64,000 bases of DNA from Bacteroidota bacterium (GCA_023431285.1 JAEYXN010000314.1:309-64308), one strand, 5' to 3'; positions 54,721-64,000 are shown, numbered from the stretch's first letter. The notes: generated by a model from the letters alone, not told the origin. Made by a program: numbers and translations.

Positions 54721-55734
54721 TCAGCGCTGGCTACCGGAGGATTCCAGGACGTTGAAAAAGTCAGTCAGGATAGGATCCCTGAAGAAGTTGTCCCACACCC
54801 AGGCATTCTGATTAGTTGAATCAGAAGGCACCCACTCATAACCTTTCAATCTGGAGGGCGGCATTTTTGTTTTTACTCCCCAGGCTGGATTTTTCACTAT
54901 CGCCAATGCGACGACATCGTACAGAGCACGTGAGGGTGGATCGCCCTCAAGCTTGATATGACTAAAAAGATTTACTGAGTAGTCTCCGAAATTGGAAAAC
55001 TCTCCACCGTGGCGACCCGTGGTTGGCGAGGAGGCCGTCGGGCCACGGCCCTTCAGTTTCGTTTCGATCATTTCCTTCGAAACCGAAACGGAGTGGCTAC
55101 CTGTGCCTTTTCCCCATCGCACTACGACCATTTCAAAATCCACTCCGGTGTTGATTACCGGGTTTATGGCGGTAGTATCGTTGTCCAGATTATACTCTCC
55201 GGGATCGGGAAAGTTTGAGCCAAGCCATACAATGCGTACGCGGTCAACGATGTCAGGAGCCTTCGTTAGTGCCAGCGCGATATTTGTCAGCTTCCCGACC
55301 GGCACGAGCACAAGTTTGCCATTATGATCTTTTCTCGCCTGATCAATAATGAAGTCAACTGCCTCTTTTCCATCGAAGTCACTTTCATTTACGTGGCCTG
55401 CAATATCTGAATAGGACCCCGTCGCCCCTTTGAGCAATGGGATACGGTTCGCTTCATTGAACAGTTGCATAACCCTTAAAGCTTCCTTGTATTGACCTTC
55501 AATGCCGTCGCCTCCCCTTGTGTTGTTGACAGTGATCCCTACGATATTGAACGTGTCCTGACTGGCGAGGGCATATGCTATTGCGTGCTGGTCGTCGAGC
55601 TCATTATTTGCATCGGAATCGATAAGGATGGGAATACGCTCGCTCCCGGTTCGTGACGCGACACGCTGCTCGTTTTTTGATCCGCATCCTGACAATATCA
55701 GAATGAACACAAGAATAGCCGTTACCCTGATCAT
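54721..55734 (-). CDS. inosine/uridine-preferring nucleoside hydrolase family lipoprotein
   Basis: Lipobox ILILSGC. ILIDSDANNELDDQHAIAYAL is the IUNH DxDxxxDD calcium/ribose-binding fingerprint. Confidence 0.85.
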   Translation of the reverse strand: MIRVTAILVFILILSGCGSKNEQRVASRTGSERIPILIDSDANNELDDQHAIAYALASQDTFNIVGITVNNTRGGDGIEGQYKEALRVMQLFNEANRIPLLKGATGSYSDIAGHVNESDFDGKEAVDFIIDQARKDHNGKLVLVPVGKLTNIALALTKAPDIVDRVRIVWLGSNFPDPGEYNLDNDTTAINPVINTGVDFEMVVVRWGKGTGSHSVSVSKEMIETKLKGRGPTASSPTTGRHGGEFSNFGDYSVNLFSHIKLEGDPPSRALYDVVALAIVKNPAWGVKTKMPPSRLKGYEWVPSDSTNQNAWVWDNFFRDPILTDFFNVLESSGSQR

Positions 55735-56646
55735 TTAGTTCTCGTTGATATTATTGGCGCGGATACTACCCGAGTTCGCTGATTCGAGCTCAATATTTAT
55801 CTGCTTTACCACCAGATCAATCTCGTTAGCCTGTTCTTCCATCTTGGTGAGAATAAAGTTCGCATTGAGAGAGCTGTCGAGACGATAAATACTTGCCAGT
55901 CCAAGCAGTCGCGCGACCGGTCCGCGCAAATGGTGTGCGTTCGTATAGCTATACCGTAGCAGGATCTCATTCTGTTCCTGAATTCTGGCAGTACGTTCAT
56001 TGATGATACCCTCAAGATGGGAATTTAGTGCGTTAAGATTCCCCTGAGTGATAATGAGCCTTTCATTCTGCTCTGCGATTTCTTTATTCTTTTTGTGCAG
56101 TTCCACGTGCGAAGCGCGCAACGAACGATAAATCTTATCGTATGCAGCTTTCATTACGGCAGCCGCGTAAGTGAGAATGATGTACAGGATGGAATATGTT
56201 ATCGCAATAGTGACGATATCGTTGATATCCTGAGAAAAGCGTTGCGAGGGAATGAAGATCTGCTGAATGAAGATGGCGTGAATGGAAAGAAATGTGAGTG
56301 TATGCATCATCCACATTACTCTGCCTTTCAGCATGACGGAGAAAATAAAACCGATCACCAGGAGTATCGAAAGAGAAGTTGTGGTATTGAGTGGAACCGC
56401 GATACACTGGTATATCATTGCTGAAAGAACGAAGGTCGTGACAATGAAGACCGATATGATGCCGTTCTTTTTCTGTCTGATGGTATAGGCAAAGAGACAC
56501 CCCGACAAGATGAAGGCATCAATGACCAGTGAGAATTTATCCGCAGGGTTCAATATGATGTCAGACACGAGGACGAGAGAAACTCCTCCTATCGAAATCT
56601 TCAATAGTGTATTGAGGAAGAATTTTTCAATATTCTTTACCGCCAT
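55735..56646 (-). CDS. polytopic membrane protein with a coiled-coil and histidine-kinase H-box/DHp-like segment but no ATPase domain
   Basis: About 6 TM helices, a coiled-coil (LHKKNKEIAEQNERLIITQGNLNALN), then YSYTNAHHLRGPVARLLGL, which resembles an H-box. The ORF ends 50 aa later with no HATPase_c motifs. Its stop abuts the start of the nucleoside hydrolase gene. Confidence 0.6.
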   Translation of the reverse strand: MAVKNIEKFFLNTLLKISIGGVSLVLVSDIILNPADKFSLVIDAFILSGCLFAYTIRQKKNGIISVFIVTTFVLSAMIYQCIAVPLNTTTSLSILLVIGFIFSVMLKGRVMWMMHTLTFLSIHAIFIQQIFIPSQRFSQDINDIVTIAITYSILYIILTYAAAVMKAAYDKIYRSLRASHVELHKKNKEIAEQNERLIITQGNLNALNSHLEGIINERTARIQEQNEILLRYSYTNAHHLRGPVARLLGLASIYRLDSSLNANFILTKMEEQANEIDLVVKQINIELESANSGSIRANNINEN

Positions 56647-56789
56647 CGGGAGCCTGGTCAGGGATGCGTTTCCACCAATTTAAGAAAATCCCTGTAAAGG
56701 GTCGGTCCCGGAAATCGATTCCGGAGACCCACGTGTGATAAAATAGCCAACATTGCCCTGTTTCAAACCGCTAAAAGCCCTATTTCAGG

Positions 56790-59123
56790 TCAACGTCCCG
56801 TTCCCGCAACCCGATACTTTTTCACCCTGTTTTGGTCGATCTTCCCACGCCAGTTGAGCCCAAACCCAAAATCGTAGCTGTTCCCCTCACTGTCGACATG
56901 GACCGTCATATCGCGTGGCACATCCTCCAGTTGGGACTCGACAGTTTCCATATCGCGAGGCATCTGAACCGGGAGCAAGCCTGATGGTTCGGCGCGCCCG
57001 GACAGGATCTCCATTACGGCCTGGTCCATGACGCCAAATCCCATAATGATTGCGTCGACGTCTTTTTCAAATTCAGCGAAGATCATAGGGCAGTCCGCGT
57101 CGATGATGACGGCCACAGGCTTGCCTTTGAGTATTTGTTTTGTTTCAAGTATCAGCTTAAGGTCGGAGTAGTTTGAGGCAACAATCTGTTTGCCTTTGTA
57201 GGAACGATCTGTTACCGCAGGATCGATCACCGGGTCTCCGGCGGCCAGACTCTTTTCGCGAGCAGAGCGCGCGGTGTATGGGCCGTATTGAAGCGAGATG
57301 GGCACATAACCATTTCCTCCTTTAGACCGGTCCTCCCTGCTGTAGCCCACGCCCCCGTCAGGACTCTTGACAAAAACCAGAGCGAGGTCTGCTTTCGCGG
57401 GATCATCGGTCACGTTGAAATACTTCTTCACAATGTCCATGTTCACCGGGTATCCTATTGTTTCAGGTGTGACATTGCCCCACCAATCGGTGCGCGCGGG
57501 AACTGTGCGTTTGGGAACGTACACGGTTTCAGTTTTCGCTAAAGGAAGAACCCGCTCCTTATTTTTCAGCAGTACCAACGACTTCAGCTGGGCTTCAAAT
57601 CCCGCTGCCATAAACGATGGGTTTCCAACAGTCTTAGCCGACTCTGCCGGATCTATATAAGGGTTTTCAAACAATCCTACCCGCAGAATGTTCATCAGCA
57701 GCCGCACCGCTGACTCCTCAAAACGCTTTCGCATAAACGCTTCACCATGCTCCTTCGCACCCATCTGGTAAGCTTCAAGCACAGGGCCGGCAATATTATT
57801 TCCACCAAACTGATCAACACCTGCCATGATTACTTTGTAATGACGTTCTGCTATATCCAGCTGCTCAATGCCCCAGGGCTTACCTCGGAATACATCGGGC
57901 GTTTCCCCTTCGTCTCCCGTAATCCCCCAGTCTGTACACACTACACCCTCGTAGCCATACTTTTCTCTCAGAAGATCGGTGATGATATATTTTGAAAATC
58001 CATTACCGACATTCTCATTGTATTTTTTATCCTGATCGAATGAGATGGTATAATAGGGCATCACGGCTGACGCGCTTTTTGTTTTTCCACTGAGGTCAAA
58101 TGCGCCTTTCAGAAATGGGATCAGGTGCGTACCGAAGTTCTTTCCCGGATAGACGGCAAACTTGCCATAGGCAAAGTGTCCATCGCGACCGCCTTCTTCG
58201 GGTCCACCTCCGGGCCAGTGCTTAGCCATGGCGTTGACGCTTCTGTATCCCCACCCATCCTGAAGCTCATCTTTTCCTTCCGAGGTCTGGAACCCGTCCA
58301 CGTAAGCGCGCGCAAGGTCAGCTGCAAGAAAAGGATCTTCACCGAACGTACCGTCGATCCTGTTCCATCGTGGTTCTGTGCCGAGGTCGATCTGCGGGGA
58401 GAGCGCCGTTGTGATTCCTAAGGCACGATATTCCTTAGCTGCTATGGACCCGAACTTCCGTACGAGCGCGGGATCAAATGTGGCGGCAAGACCGAGAGCC
58501 TGAGGCCACATTGAGATTTGCCCACCGCTCCCAGCGTTGTATTCTGCATTGGCAACGGCTCCATGACGCGGATCAGAGCTCATGTTCGCTGGTATTCCCA
58601 TTCCCAAACCTTCAACAAGTGCCTGCACATTGTTGCTCCATCGCGCTGCTACTTCCGGGCTTTCGACCGTGGTGATCAGCACATGCCGCAGGTGGTCAGC
58701 TGTAAGAAACTTTCTTTGTTGATCTGAAATATCAGAAGACGTCAAACCGCTCTCAGGAAGAGGCTTACCGTTATAGGTACCGGCGCCAAAGCCTTGTGCG
58801 CGTGCAGGGATCGATTGGTGACCGCTATAAAGCATGAGACCGGCGATTTGTTCTACTGACATTTTCGAAGCAAGATCCTTTGCCCGCTCCCGCGGAGTGA
58901 GCCGCCAGTCTTCATATTTATCAAGAACGCCGTTCCGGTTGAGATCTTTAAATGCGAGCCCGTCAACAGTCAATATCTTAATTCCTGACGATGGCGAATA
59001 GCCCAAAGTCCGGCCATTGGAATTTGTAATGATGGTGTAATTCTCAAATTTCTGTTCCTGCCAGGTCTGAGAAAGGCAGAAAGTAGGAATGAGCATTGAA
59101 AGTGACCAGATGAAATTCCGCAT
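56790..59123 (-). CDS. glycoside hydrolase family 3 (BglX-type beta-glucosidase/xylosidase)
   Basis: 777-aa ORF with a signal peptide. It contains GH3 N-terminal (LRHVLIT...MSSDPRHG), the nucleophile region GYEGVVCTDWG, and C-terminal sandwich and Fn3-like domains. Confidence 0.93.
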   Translation of the reverse strand: MRNFIWSLSMLIPTFCLSQTWQEQKFENYTIITNSNGRTLGYSPSSGIKILTVDGLAFKDLNRNGVLDKYEDWRLTPRERAKDLASKMSVEQIAGLMLYSGHQSIPARAQGFGAGTYNGKPLPESGLTSSDISDQQRKFLTADHLRHVLITTVESPEVAARWSNNVQALVEGLGMGIPANMSSDPRHGAVANAEYNAGSGGQISMWPQALGLAATFDPALVRKFGSIAAKEYRALGITTALSPQIDLGTEPRWNRIDGTFGEDPFLAADLARAYVDGFQTSEGKDELQDGWGYRSVNAMAKHWPGGGPEEGGRDGHFAYGKFAVYPGKNFGTHLIPFLKGAFDLSGKTKSASAVMPYYTISFDQDKKYNENVGNGFSKYIITDLLREKYGYEGVVCTDWGITGDEGETPDVFRGKPWGIEQLDIAERHYKVIMAGVDQFGGNNIAGPVLEAYQMGAKEHGEAFMRKRFEESAVRLLMNILRVGLFENPYIDPAESAKTVGNPSFMAAGFEAQLKSLVLLKNKERVLPLAKTETVYVPKRTVPARTDWWGNVTPETIGYPVNMDIVKKYFNVTDDPAKADLALVFVKSPDGGVGYSREDRSKGGNGYVPISLQYGPYTARSAREKSLAAGDPVIDPAVTDRSYKGKQIVASNYSDLKLILETKQILKGKPVAVIIDADCPMIFAEFEKDVDAIIMGFGVMDQAVMEILSGRAEPSGLLPVQMPRDMETVESQLEDVPRDMTVHVDSEGNSYDFGFGLNWRGKIDQNRVKKYRVAGTGR

Positions 59124-59319
59124 AGCGTTGGTTAATTATTCATTGTGTACGGACAACACACTAAATATACTATTATATGGTAATTGGCCAATAGGCGGAT
59201 CTCATTGAAAGGCAGCCCGCAGCCGTCCGTAGTGCTTCAGCAACCTAAAAATCACCCCAGAGTGGTGAGTCCGGGAAGTAAGAGGTTGGATAACTTTGTA
59301 TAGCCCAAACCTGATCATT

Positions 59320-60057
59320 ATGAGAGTCATCCTGTTTCTTCTTTGGATTGCTATATCACCAATTTGTATTGCGCAAAATTCAGCGATCCCGGAAAACATT
59401 CGCGCGTCGAACAGCATCGACAGCTTCAGCGGCGGGATAATGAATGAGATGATCTATGGACTTCCTCTCCCCGACCCCAAGGTGATCGGAGACGCTTATA
59501 TTGATGAGAATTGGACGAGGGGAAAATTCCTGATGTATGGTCAACAGAAATTCATTGACGGGTTCTCAATCCGCTACGACCTTGCAAAGCAGGAGTTGGA
59601 AATTAATACGCAAAAAGGCGTGAAAGTATTGAGCGAGAATCAGGTGAGGAGTTTTGTCACGATGGATGCGCACGAACATTCTCCCGCACTATTCCTGAAT
59701 GCGCGGGAGTTCCGAAGTGAGGGAACGGCATACGAAGGTTTTGTCGAGGTGTTGCAGGATGGACCAATGGCCCTGGTGAAAGGATATATCGTTAAGGTCA
59801 AGCGTCCTGATTACAGCGAAGCCATGAACGTGGGAAGCCAGAATTATAAGATTTTGAAGAAGCACCAGTTGTTTTTTGTTGACTCGGGGACACTGCACCG
59901 GGTACCCTCAAAGAAGAAAGAGATCATAAGGCTATTTCCCCCTGCTTTTCAGCAAAAGGTTGCCGAATACGCCAGCGCACAGAATCTTAGTCTGGATAAA
60001 GAGGAACACCTTTCCCAGGTCTTCAGATGGTATAATGATCTGGAGTCCGGTAAATGA
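59320..60057 (+). CDS. hypothetical secreted protein
   Basis: The likely start is MRVILFLLWIAISPICIAQ at 59320, giving a signal peptide. No family was recognised. Confidence 0.5.
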   Translation: MRVILFLLWIAISPICIAQNSAIPENIRASNSIDSFSGGIMNEMIYGLPLPDPKVIGDAYIDENWTRGKFLMYGQQKFIDGFSIRYDLAKQELEINTQKGVKVLSENQVRSFVTMDAHEHSPALFLNAREFRSEGTAYEGFVEVLQDGPMALVKGYIVKVKRPDYSEAMNVGSQNYKILKKHQLFFVDSGTLHRVPSKKKEIIRLFPPAFQQKVAEYASAQNLSLDKEEHLSQVFRWYNDLESGK

Positions 60058-60072
60058 GAAAGGAGCCGGGAC

Positions 60073-62442
60073 CTACTTTCCCTCGATAACGTCTTTGTAG
60101 CTAACGAGCTTCACTCCTTTCCTCGCCAACGCTTCCTTTACACGTTCATCAGTCCACGTAGTGGTAACGTCCTGCCTGCCTTGTGCGACGTCCTCATAGC
60201 CGATATGATAGATCGCGCGAAGTTCAGTATCATCAAGGCCGGGATGCTCTACATAAACGTAGGTCTTACCGTTCTCCATCCTACCTATCATATCAATGAA
60301 AAGCTGGATGCGCTGTTCCGTTGTTTTGTTTCTCGAGTCGAAGCCGATGTAGGAGATCTGAAGATCCTTCTGAGGATCGACATCTACCATAGCAAGACCA
60401 TACTCTGCCGCGACCTTACGGCAAAGGGCCCGTACTTCCGGATCGAAACCCGTGCTGTTCATATGGCCAGACACGTGGCTAACTCTTGGAACATGTTTCT
60501 TCAGCATTTCAATCTGGGCTCTCAGTTCACGTTCGATATCAGAGAGTGTCCATTTGTTTTCCATCACCGATTGGCCGGGATAGTTTTTGTTGGGATAGAT
60601 CATTGGATAAAAGTATCCGTCCTTATCACGAAGTCCTGGCGCTTCGGTAAGCGGTCTCCATTTTACATTGTCCCATTCCGCGGTGATGGCAAAATGCAAC
60701 CCTACGTCTACTCCAGGGTTCTTCTCCAGCAACTTCACAGCCTGAGGAAACCATGGTGAAGGGACAATCACTTCGATCGATGTCTCGATGCCTTCCTTGT
60801 AACACTTGATCAATGCCTGATTGGCGGAGTGTGAGAATCCCATATCGTCACCTCGCACAATTAGCCGTGGACCGTCTTGTATTGGCTTTGATTCAATTCC
60901 TGAGTAGGTTTTTCCTGTATTATTGGAAGAGAATGACCCGGAGAAATCAAGACTGACTTTGTCCTTTTCAAATCTGCAGATGATCGTCTCTGTGTGCGGA
61001 CTTTCGATGTAGCGAAGTGTGAATGCCACCTCATTGGGCGCGGTCCATGAATAGCTCCCGGCTACCTTGAATGGATCGAGCCCCTTACGGTTTGCAGACG
61101 CCGCTGCGACAAGGTATGGACCATACTTCGTCGTTTCGGACTGGTACCACTTTGCTTTAGCGAAATACAGGTCATGATCGGTTGAATCTGTGTCCAGGAA
61201 GAGATGACACATCCCTTCATTGAAATCCACTTTCACGTTGAGAAGTTTTCTATCTGAGAACATCCTGAAAGTCTTTCCACTGACAGGTCCTTCCAATGCT
61301 TCAGACGATGACTCTCCAGTTGAGAGGGAAAGCGCTGCGATTGCTTTCTTCAGTTCGTCATTTGCTTTACGGTTTTCCTTGAGCTTTCCGTCTGCAAACG
61401 CGGGAAGAAGATATTTCCATATTACATCAAACTCACCTTGCATATCCGACGTCTCCGCGGTGATGGCAACCACTGCATCTTGTTCGGGAAGGACGATGAT
61501 AAACTGTCCGTACGCTCCATCTCCACGATAAGAGTTGTTTCGACTTCTCCACATCTGGAACCCGTACCCCTGGAGCCAGTCACTGGAATCTTTCTTTGCT
61601 TGTGGCGCTGAGGGATCCTGATCGATGTGTTTGGATGATGCCATCTCCACCCAGGAAGACGGAAGGATCTGTTTACCGTTCCACTTTCCTTTCTGAAGGA
61701 ATAGTTGGCCAAACTTTGCCATGTCCTCGGTTTTGAGACGAAGGCCCCATCCTCCAACGTTTATGCCTTGAGGGTCTGTCTCCCAATCGATGTTTGAAAT
61801 CCCCAGAGGCTTGAACAACCTTGGCGTGAGGTAATCGAAAATCTTCTCACCCGTGACCTTCTGCACGATGGCAGATAGCATGTACGTTGCTGCAGAATTG
61901 TACAGGAACTTCGAGCCAGGCTGATTCAGCACAGGAGTAGCCAGGAATGCTTTCACCCAATCTGATGAACGGATAACCTTGAAGGTGGGATCCGGATCCT
62001 GTCCTGCTGTCATTGTCAGGAGATCGCGGACGCGCATTGCCGAAAGTTCAGGACCGGGGTTGGGTGGTGTTTGTTCCGGAAAGAACGAAATAACCTTGTC
62101 GTCGAGAGATAATTTCTTCTCTGTAACAGCAAACCCCACGGCTGTGGCTGTAAAGCTTTTGCTGACCGAATACATAGTATGTTTGAGGTCAGGACGATAT
62201 GGATTCCACCATCCTTCCGCTAGCACCTTTCCGTGGCGCAGTACCATAAAGCTGTGAAACTCATGTTTACTTTCTGAAGCTGCTTTCACAAACTCGAGGA
62301 GCTTTTCAGAATCGACGCCCTGAGATTCCGGCGTTGCTCTTGTCAGCGATGGTCCTTTTTGTGCAAGTGATATGACCCCCTGATTCAAGAAGACAATCAG
62401 CATGAGGCATCGGATGCACGCAGAGTAGAGACGAAGTTTCAT
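60073..62442 (-). CDS. fusion protein: beta-lactamase-fold serine hydrolase (N-terminal) + YdjC/ChbG-like carbohydrate deacetylase (C-terminal)
   Basis: The likely start is MKLRLYSACIRCLMLIVFLNQGVISLAQ at 62442. The N-terminal domain carries an S-x-x-K motif (YSVSKSF) and class-C/esterase-like context. The C-terminal 270 aa has LIVRGDDMGFSHSANQALIKCYKEGIETSIEVIV...VGLHFAIT, characteristic of the YdjC family. Confidence 0.8.
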   Translation of the reverse strand: MKLRLYSACIRCLMLIVFLNQGVISLAQKGPSLTRATPESQGVDSEKLLEFVKAASESKHEFHSFMVLRHGKVLAEGWWNPYRPDLKHTMYSVSKSFTATAVGFAVTEKKLSLDDKVISFFPEQTPPNPGPELSAMRVRDLLTMTAGQDPDPTFKVIRSSDWVKAFLATPVLNQPGSKFLYNSAATYMLSAIVQKVTGEKIFDYLTPRLFKPLGISNIDWETDPQGINVGGWGLRLKTEDMAKFGQLFLQKGKWNGKQILPSSWVEMASSKHIDQDPSAPQAKKDSSDWLQGYGFQMWRSRNNSYRGDGAYGQFIIVLPEQDAVVAITAETSDMQGEFDVIWKYLLPAFADGKLKENRKANDELKKAIAALSLSTGESSSEALEGPVSGKTFRMFSDRKLLNVKVDFNEGMCHLFLDTDSTDHDLYFAKAKWYQSETTKYGPYLVAAASANRKGLDPFKVAGSYSWTAPNEVAFTLRYIESPHTETIICRFEKDKVSLDFSGSFSSNNTGKTYSGIESKPIQDGPRLIVRGDDMGFSHSANQALIKCYKEGIETSIEVIVPSPWFPQAVKLLEKNPGVDVGLHFAITAEWDNVKWRPLTEAPGLRDKDGYFYPMIYPNKNYPGQSVMENKWTLSDIERELRAQIEMLKKHVPRVSHVSGHMNSTGFDPEVRALCRKVAAEYGLAMVDVDPQKDLQISYIGFDSRNKTTEQRIQLFIDMIGRMENGKTYVYVEHPGLDDTELRAIYHIGYEDVAQGRQDVTTTWTDERVKEALARKGVKLVSYKDVIEGK

Positions 62443-62460
62443 AGGCGCATGGATTTCAGC

Positions 62461-62468
62461 CAAATATA
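62461..62468 (-). promoter_or_regulatory. candidate Bacteroidota -7 box (TAnnTTTG) for the fusion-protein gene
   Basis: The plus strand reads CAAATATA, which is TATATTTG on the minus strand. It lies 18 nt upstream of the ATG at 62442 and supports the shorter start. Confidence 0.35.
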
Positions 62469-62685
62469 ATATGATCTGACGAATGGTGATCGCCTGTTTC
62501 ACGGCCCTCAATAAAGATTATGACTCCACCAAGCCATTGGAACAGCTGAATTTGGCAGTATACCTTTGTATCCAGACTGGTGGTCGGTTTGGCAACTGCT
62601 ATTTGTCATGCGGGGTCTTGAGGATCCTCATGAACCCCGGGCTGAAATAGGCCGTACTTAGCATTCGGAATCACATCTGAATGAC

Positions 62686-63102
62686 ATGAATATATCTGCT
62701 AACAATATCGAATTATTGCTTGAAGAGGTTAAACAGCTTTATTCGATCGAAAGAACTGTGAGTTCACTGCTTCCGCAATTGAAAAGTGAGACACATCATT
62801 TGCGGGTGCAGCAAGGGTTGCGGGTTGAGGAAGAAGAGAATATCCGTCAGTGTGAACGCCTGGCGGCCCTGATTGAGATACTCAAGCCTATACAGAAGAA
62901 AGCGGAAGCAAAGCTTGATACTTCAGAACAACTCGGCAAATCGGTTCAACTCTTCAAGACGTTCTCGATGAGACACAAATCCGTGGGTTACGACACTTCC
63001 ATTCTGGTGGCAGAAGTAATGGGCCGGATGGATATATTGCAGACGCTGCAATTTTGTGTGAGAAATGAATCACAGATCGTAAAGGAACTACTGGCAGCGT
63101 AA
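62686..63102 (+). CDS. hypothetical protein (possibly ferritin-like/DUF892-type helical protein)
   Basis: 138-aa helical-looking ORF (LLEEVKQLYSIERTVSSLLPQLKSETHHLRVQQGL...) followed by a strong hairpin. The family call is weak. Confidence 0.45.
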   Translation: MNISANNIELLLEEVKQLYSIERTVSSLLPQLKSETHHLRVQQGLRVEEEENIRQCERLAALIEILKPIQKKAEAKLDTSEQLGKSVQLFKTFSMRHKSVGYDTSILVAEVMGRMDILQTLQFCVRNESQIVKELLAA

Positions 63103-63120
63103 ACAGGTATTTAATTAAAC

Positions 63121-63148
63121 AGTTGCAGGGAACTAATGCCCTGCAACT
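63121..63148. terminator. 10-bp-stem hairpin between convergent genes (bidirectional terminator candidate)
   Basis: AGTTGCAGGG (63121-63130) pairs perfectly with CCCTGCAACT (63139-63148). The flanks are AT-rich. Confidence 0.6.
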
Positions 63149-63157
63149 ATTCGCGTT

Positions 63158-63415
63158 TTACCTCACCACCTCAGGTTCGGAAGTATTCACGAGCTGATTT
63201 TCGCGATTGGGACGTTTGAAGTTCTGCGCGATTCTGACCTTCATCTCATCGACGCTTTCCTCCATTTTTTTTCCAACTGACTTAAGCGCGTCTTCACTTT
63301 CGCGAATCAGCTTCTTACGAGTAGATGCACCTTTATCTGGTGCGAACAGAATGCCTACCACTGCGCCGGCAGCAAAACTTGCGAGCGCTCCAATGATCAA
63401 TCTTGCGGTACTCAT
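63158..63415 (-). CDS. YtxH domain-containing protein
   Basis: The likely start is MSTARLIIGALASFAAGAVVGILFAPDKGASTRKKL at 63415, the canonical YtxH N-terminus (G...G...G.LFAP..G..TR). Confidence 0.7.
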   Translation of the reverse strand: MSTARLIIGALASFAAGAVVGILFAPDKGASTRKKLIRESEDALKSVGKKMEESVDEMKVRIAQNFKRPNRENQLVNTSEPEVVR

Positions 63416-63508
63416 ATGTTTGTCTTTAGTGAAAGAAATATCGGTGGCGACTCCAACCTTTACCATGATTTCGATCATCGAAAAACGACCAACTTATTTG
63501 GTCTGTTT

Positions 63509-64000
63509 TCAGTTCTGCTTATCACCGGGTCCGAGAGCCATAGCAATTGTTTTTAGCTTCGGATGATGGTCGGCGATAACACGCGCGATGCCGACGAAAG
63601 GAACAAAGAGTATCATACCTGAAACGCCCCAGATGAGTCCTCCTGTAAAGATTGCCAGCAACATCACGAGGGCATTCACGCCAAGGCGGCTACTTACTGC
63701 GAAAGGAAAGATCACGTTTGCTTCGAGGTATTGTACGAAGGCAAAGAGACCGATCACTCCGATCGGATACCAGATCGAACCATATTCTATCCACGAAACT
63801 GCTATAGGAAGAAGCGATCCTGCGACGATCCCCACGTAAGGGATAAATGTAAGTATCGATGCGGTACACCCGAACAGGATGGCATGGGGAACACCGAGGA
63901 TGAGAAGTCCGATGGAATTCAGCACAGCAACACAGAGATACACGAACACCATACCTTTGATGAAATTGTAGTACGTGGTGATCGTCATTCGGATGAGGTT
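63509..64000 (-). CDS. AI-2E family transporter (PerM/TqsA-like), C-terminal part (gene runs off the right edge of the window)
   Basis: GVPHAILFGCTASILTFIPYVGIVAGSLLPI...ANVIFPFAVSSRLGVNALVMLLAIFTGGLIWGVSGMILFVPFVG matches the conserved AI-2E C-terminal half. The frame stays open upstream of the listed Met as far as position 64000. Confidence 0.8.
   Translation of the reverse strand, partial: NLIRMTITTYYNFIKGMVFVYLCVAVLNSIGLLILGVPHAILFGCTASILTFIPYVGIVAGSLLPIAVSWIEYGSIWYPIGVIGLFAFVQYLEANVIFPFAVSSRLGVNALVMLLAIFTGGLIWGVSGMILFVPFVGIARVIADHHPKLKTIAMALGPGDKQN

Noticed and set aside
62548-62610. Two TGGCA-containing boxes (TTGGCAGTATACCTTTGT and TTGGCAACTGCTATTTGT) that look sigma-54-like.
   Set aside because: The distance from the GG to the downstream TTG is two nt too long, and there is no GC at -12. 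TACCTTTG (62561-62568) may instead be a sigma-A -7 box for the 62686 gene, but it lies 118 nt from the ATG, so I did not list it as a feature.

Overview
This 64-kb window is a densely coding chromosomal segment that looks like a Bacteroidota genome, probably a Cytophagia- or Chitinophagia-like lineage. The taxonomic inference rests on a T9SS C-terminal sorting domain, many lipoproteins, an NtrC-type sigma-54 activator, TAnnTTTG-type promoter boxes and Bacteroidota-style MacB/FtsX permeases.

I support about 48 protein-coding genes. I found no rRNA, tRNA, CRISPR-cas, transposase, integrase, phage gene or recognisable defence gene.

Gene content from left to right:
- An ankyrin lipoprotein / acyltransferase-3 / ABC-2 exporter operon.
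- A membrane-anchored AraC-TPR regulator.
- A Kef-type antiporter.
- A 2.2-kaa T9SS-secreted protein carrying two esterase domains, followed by a type-B carboxylesterase and a CE15-like esterase.
- A soluble histidine kinase with a sigma-54 response regulator, followed by a small tandem-Cys protein and a MORN protein.
- A TPR histidine kinase with a LuxR-type regulator.
- A MacB-like permease.
- A TetR / TolC / MFP / RND efflux operon, then a second TetR and a pirin.
- A CarboxypepD_reg outer-membrane barrel protein.
- A LacI / GH67 alpha-glucuronidase / LacI block.
- A DUF885-like lipoprotein.
- A catalytic-domain-less histidine-kinase-like membrane protein with an exported nucleoside hydrolase and an exported TIM-barrel enzyme.
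- A GH3 glycosidase.
- A beta-lactamase-fold / YdjC(ChbG)-fold fusion protein.

The three large non-coding gaps (9.1-10.6 kb, 30.9-31.4 kb, 52.1-52.9 kb) are mosaics of at least four repeat families: inverted arrays of a degenerate heptamer, a 4-unit composite tandem array, a 110-bp element with 18-bp terminal inverted repeats, and a GC-rich element of about 90 bp next to a 95/96-bp tandem duplication.

I could not identify a clear new defence or mobile system. The best candidates for something undescribed are the sigma-54-controlled tandem C-x2-C-x-H-x3-C mini-protein / MORN module, the interlinked repeat families, the beta-lactamase/YdjC fusion and the multi-esterase T9SS giant. All functional calls come from motif recognition by eye and none has been checked against a database.
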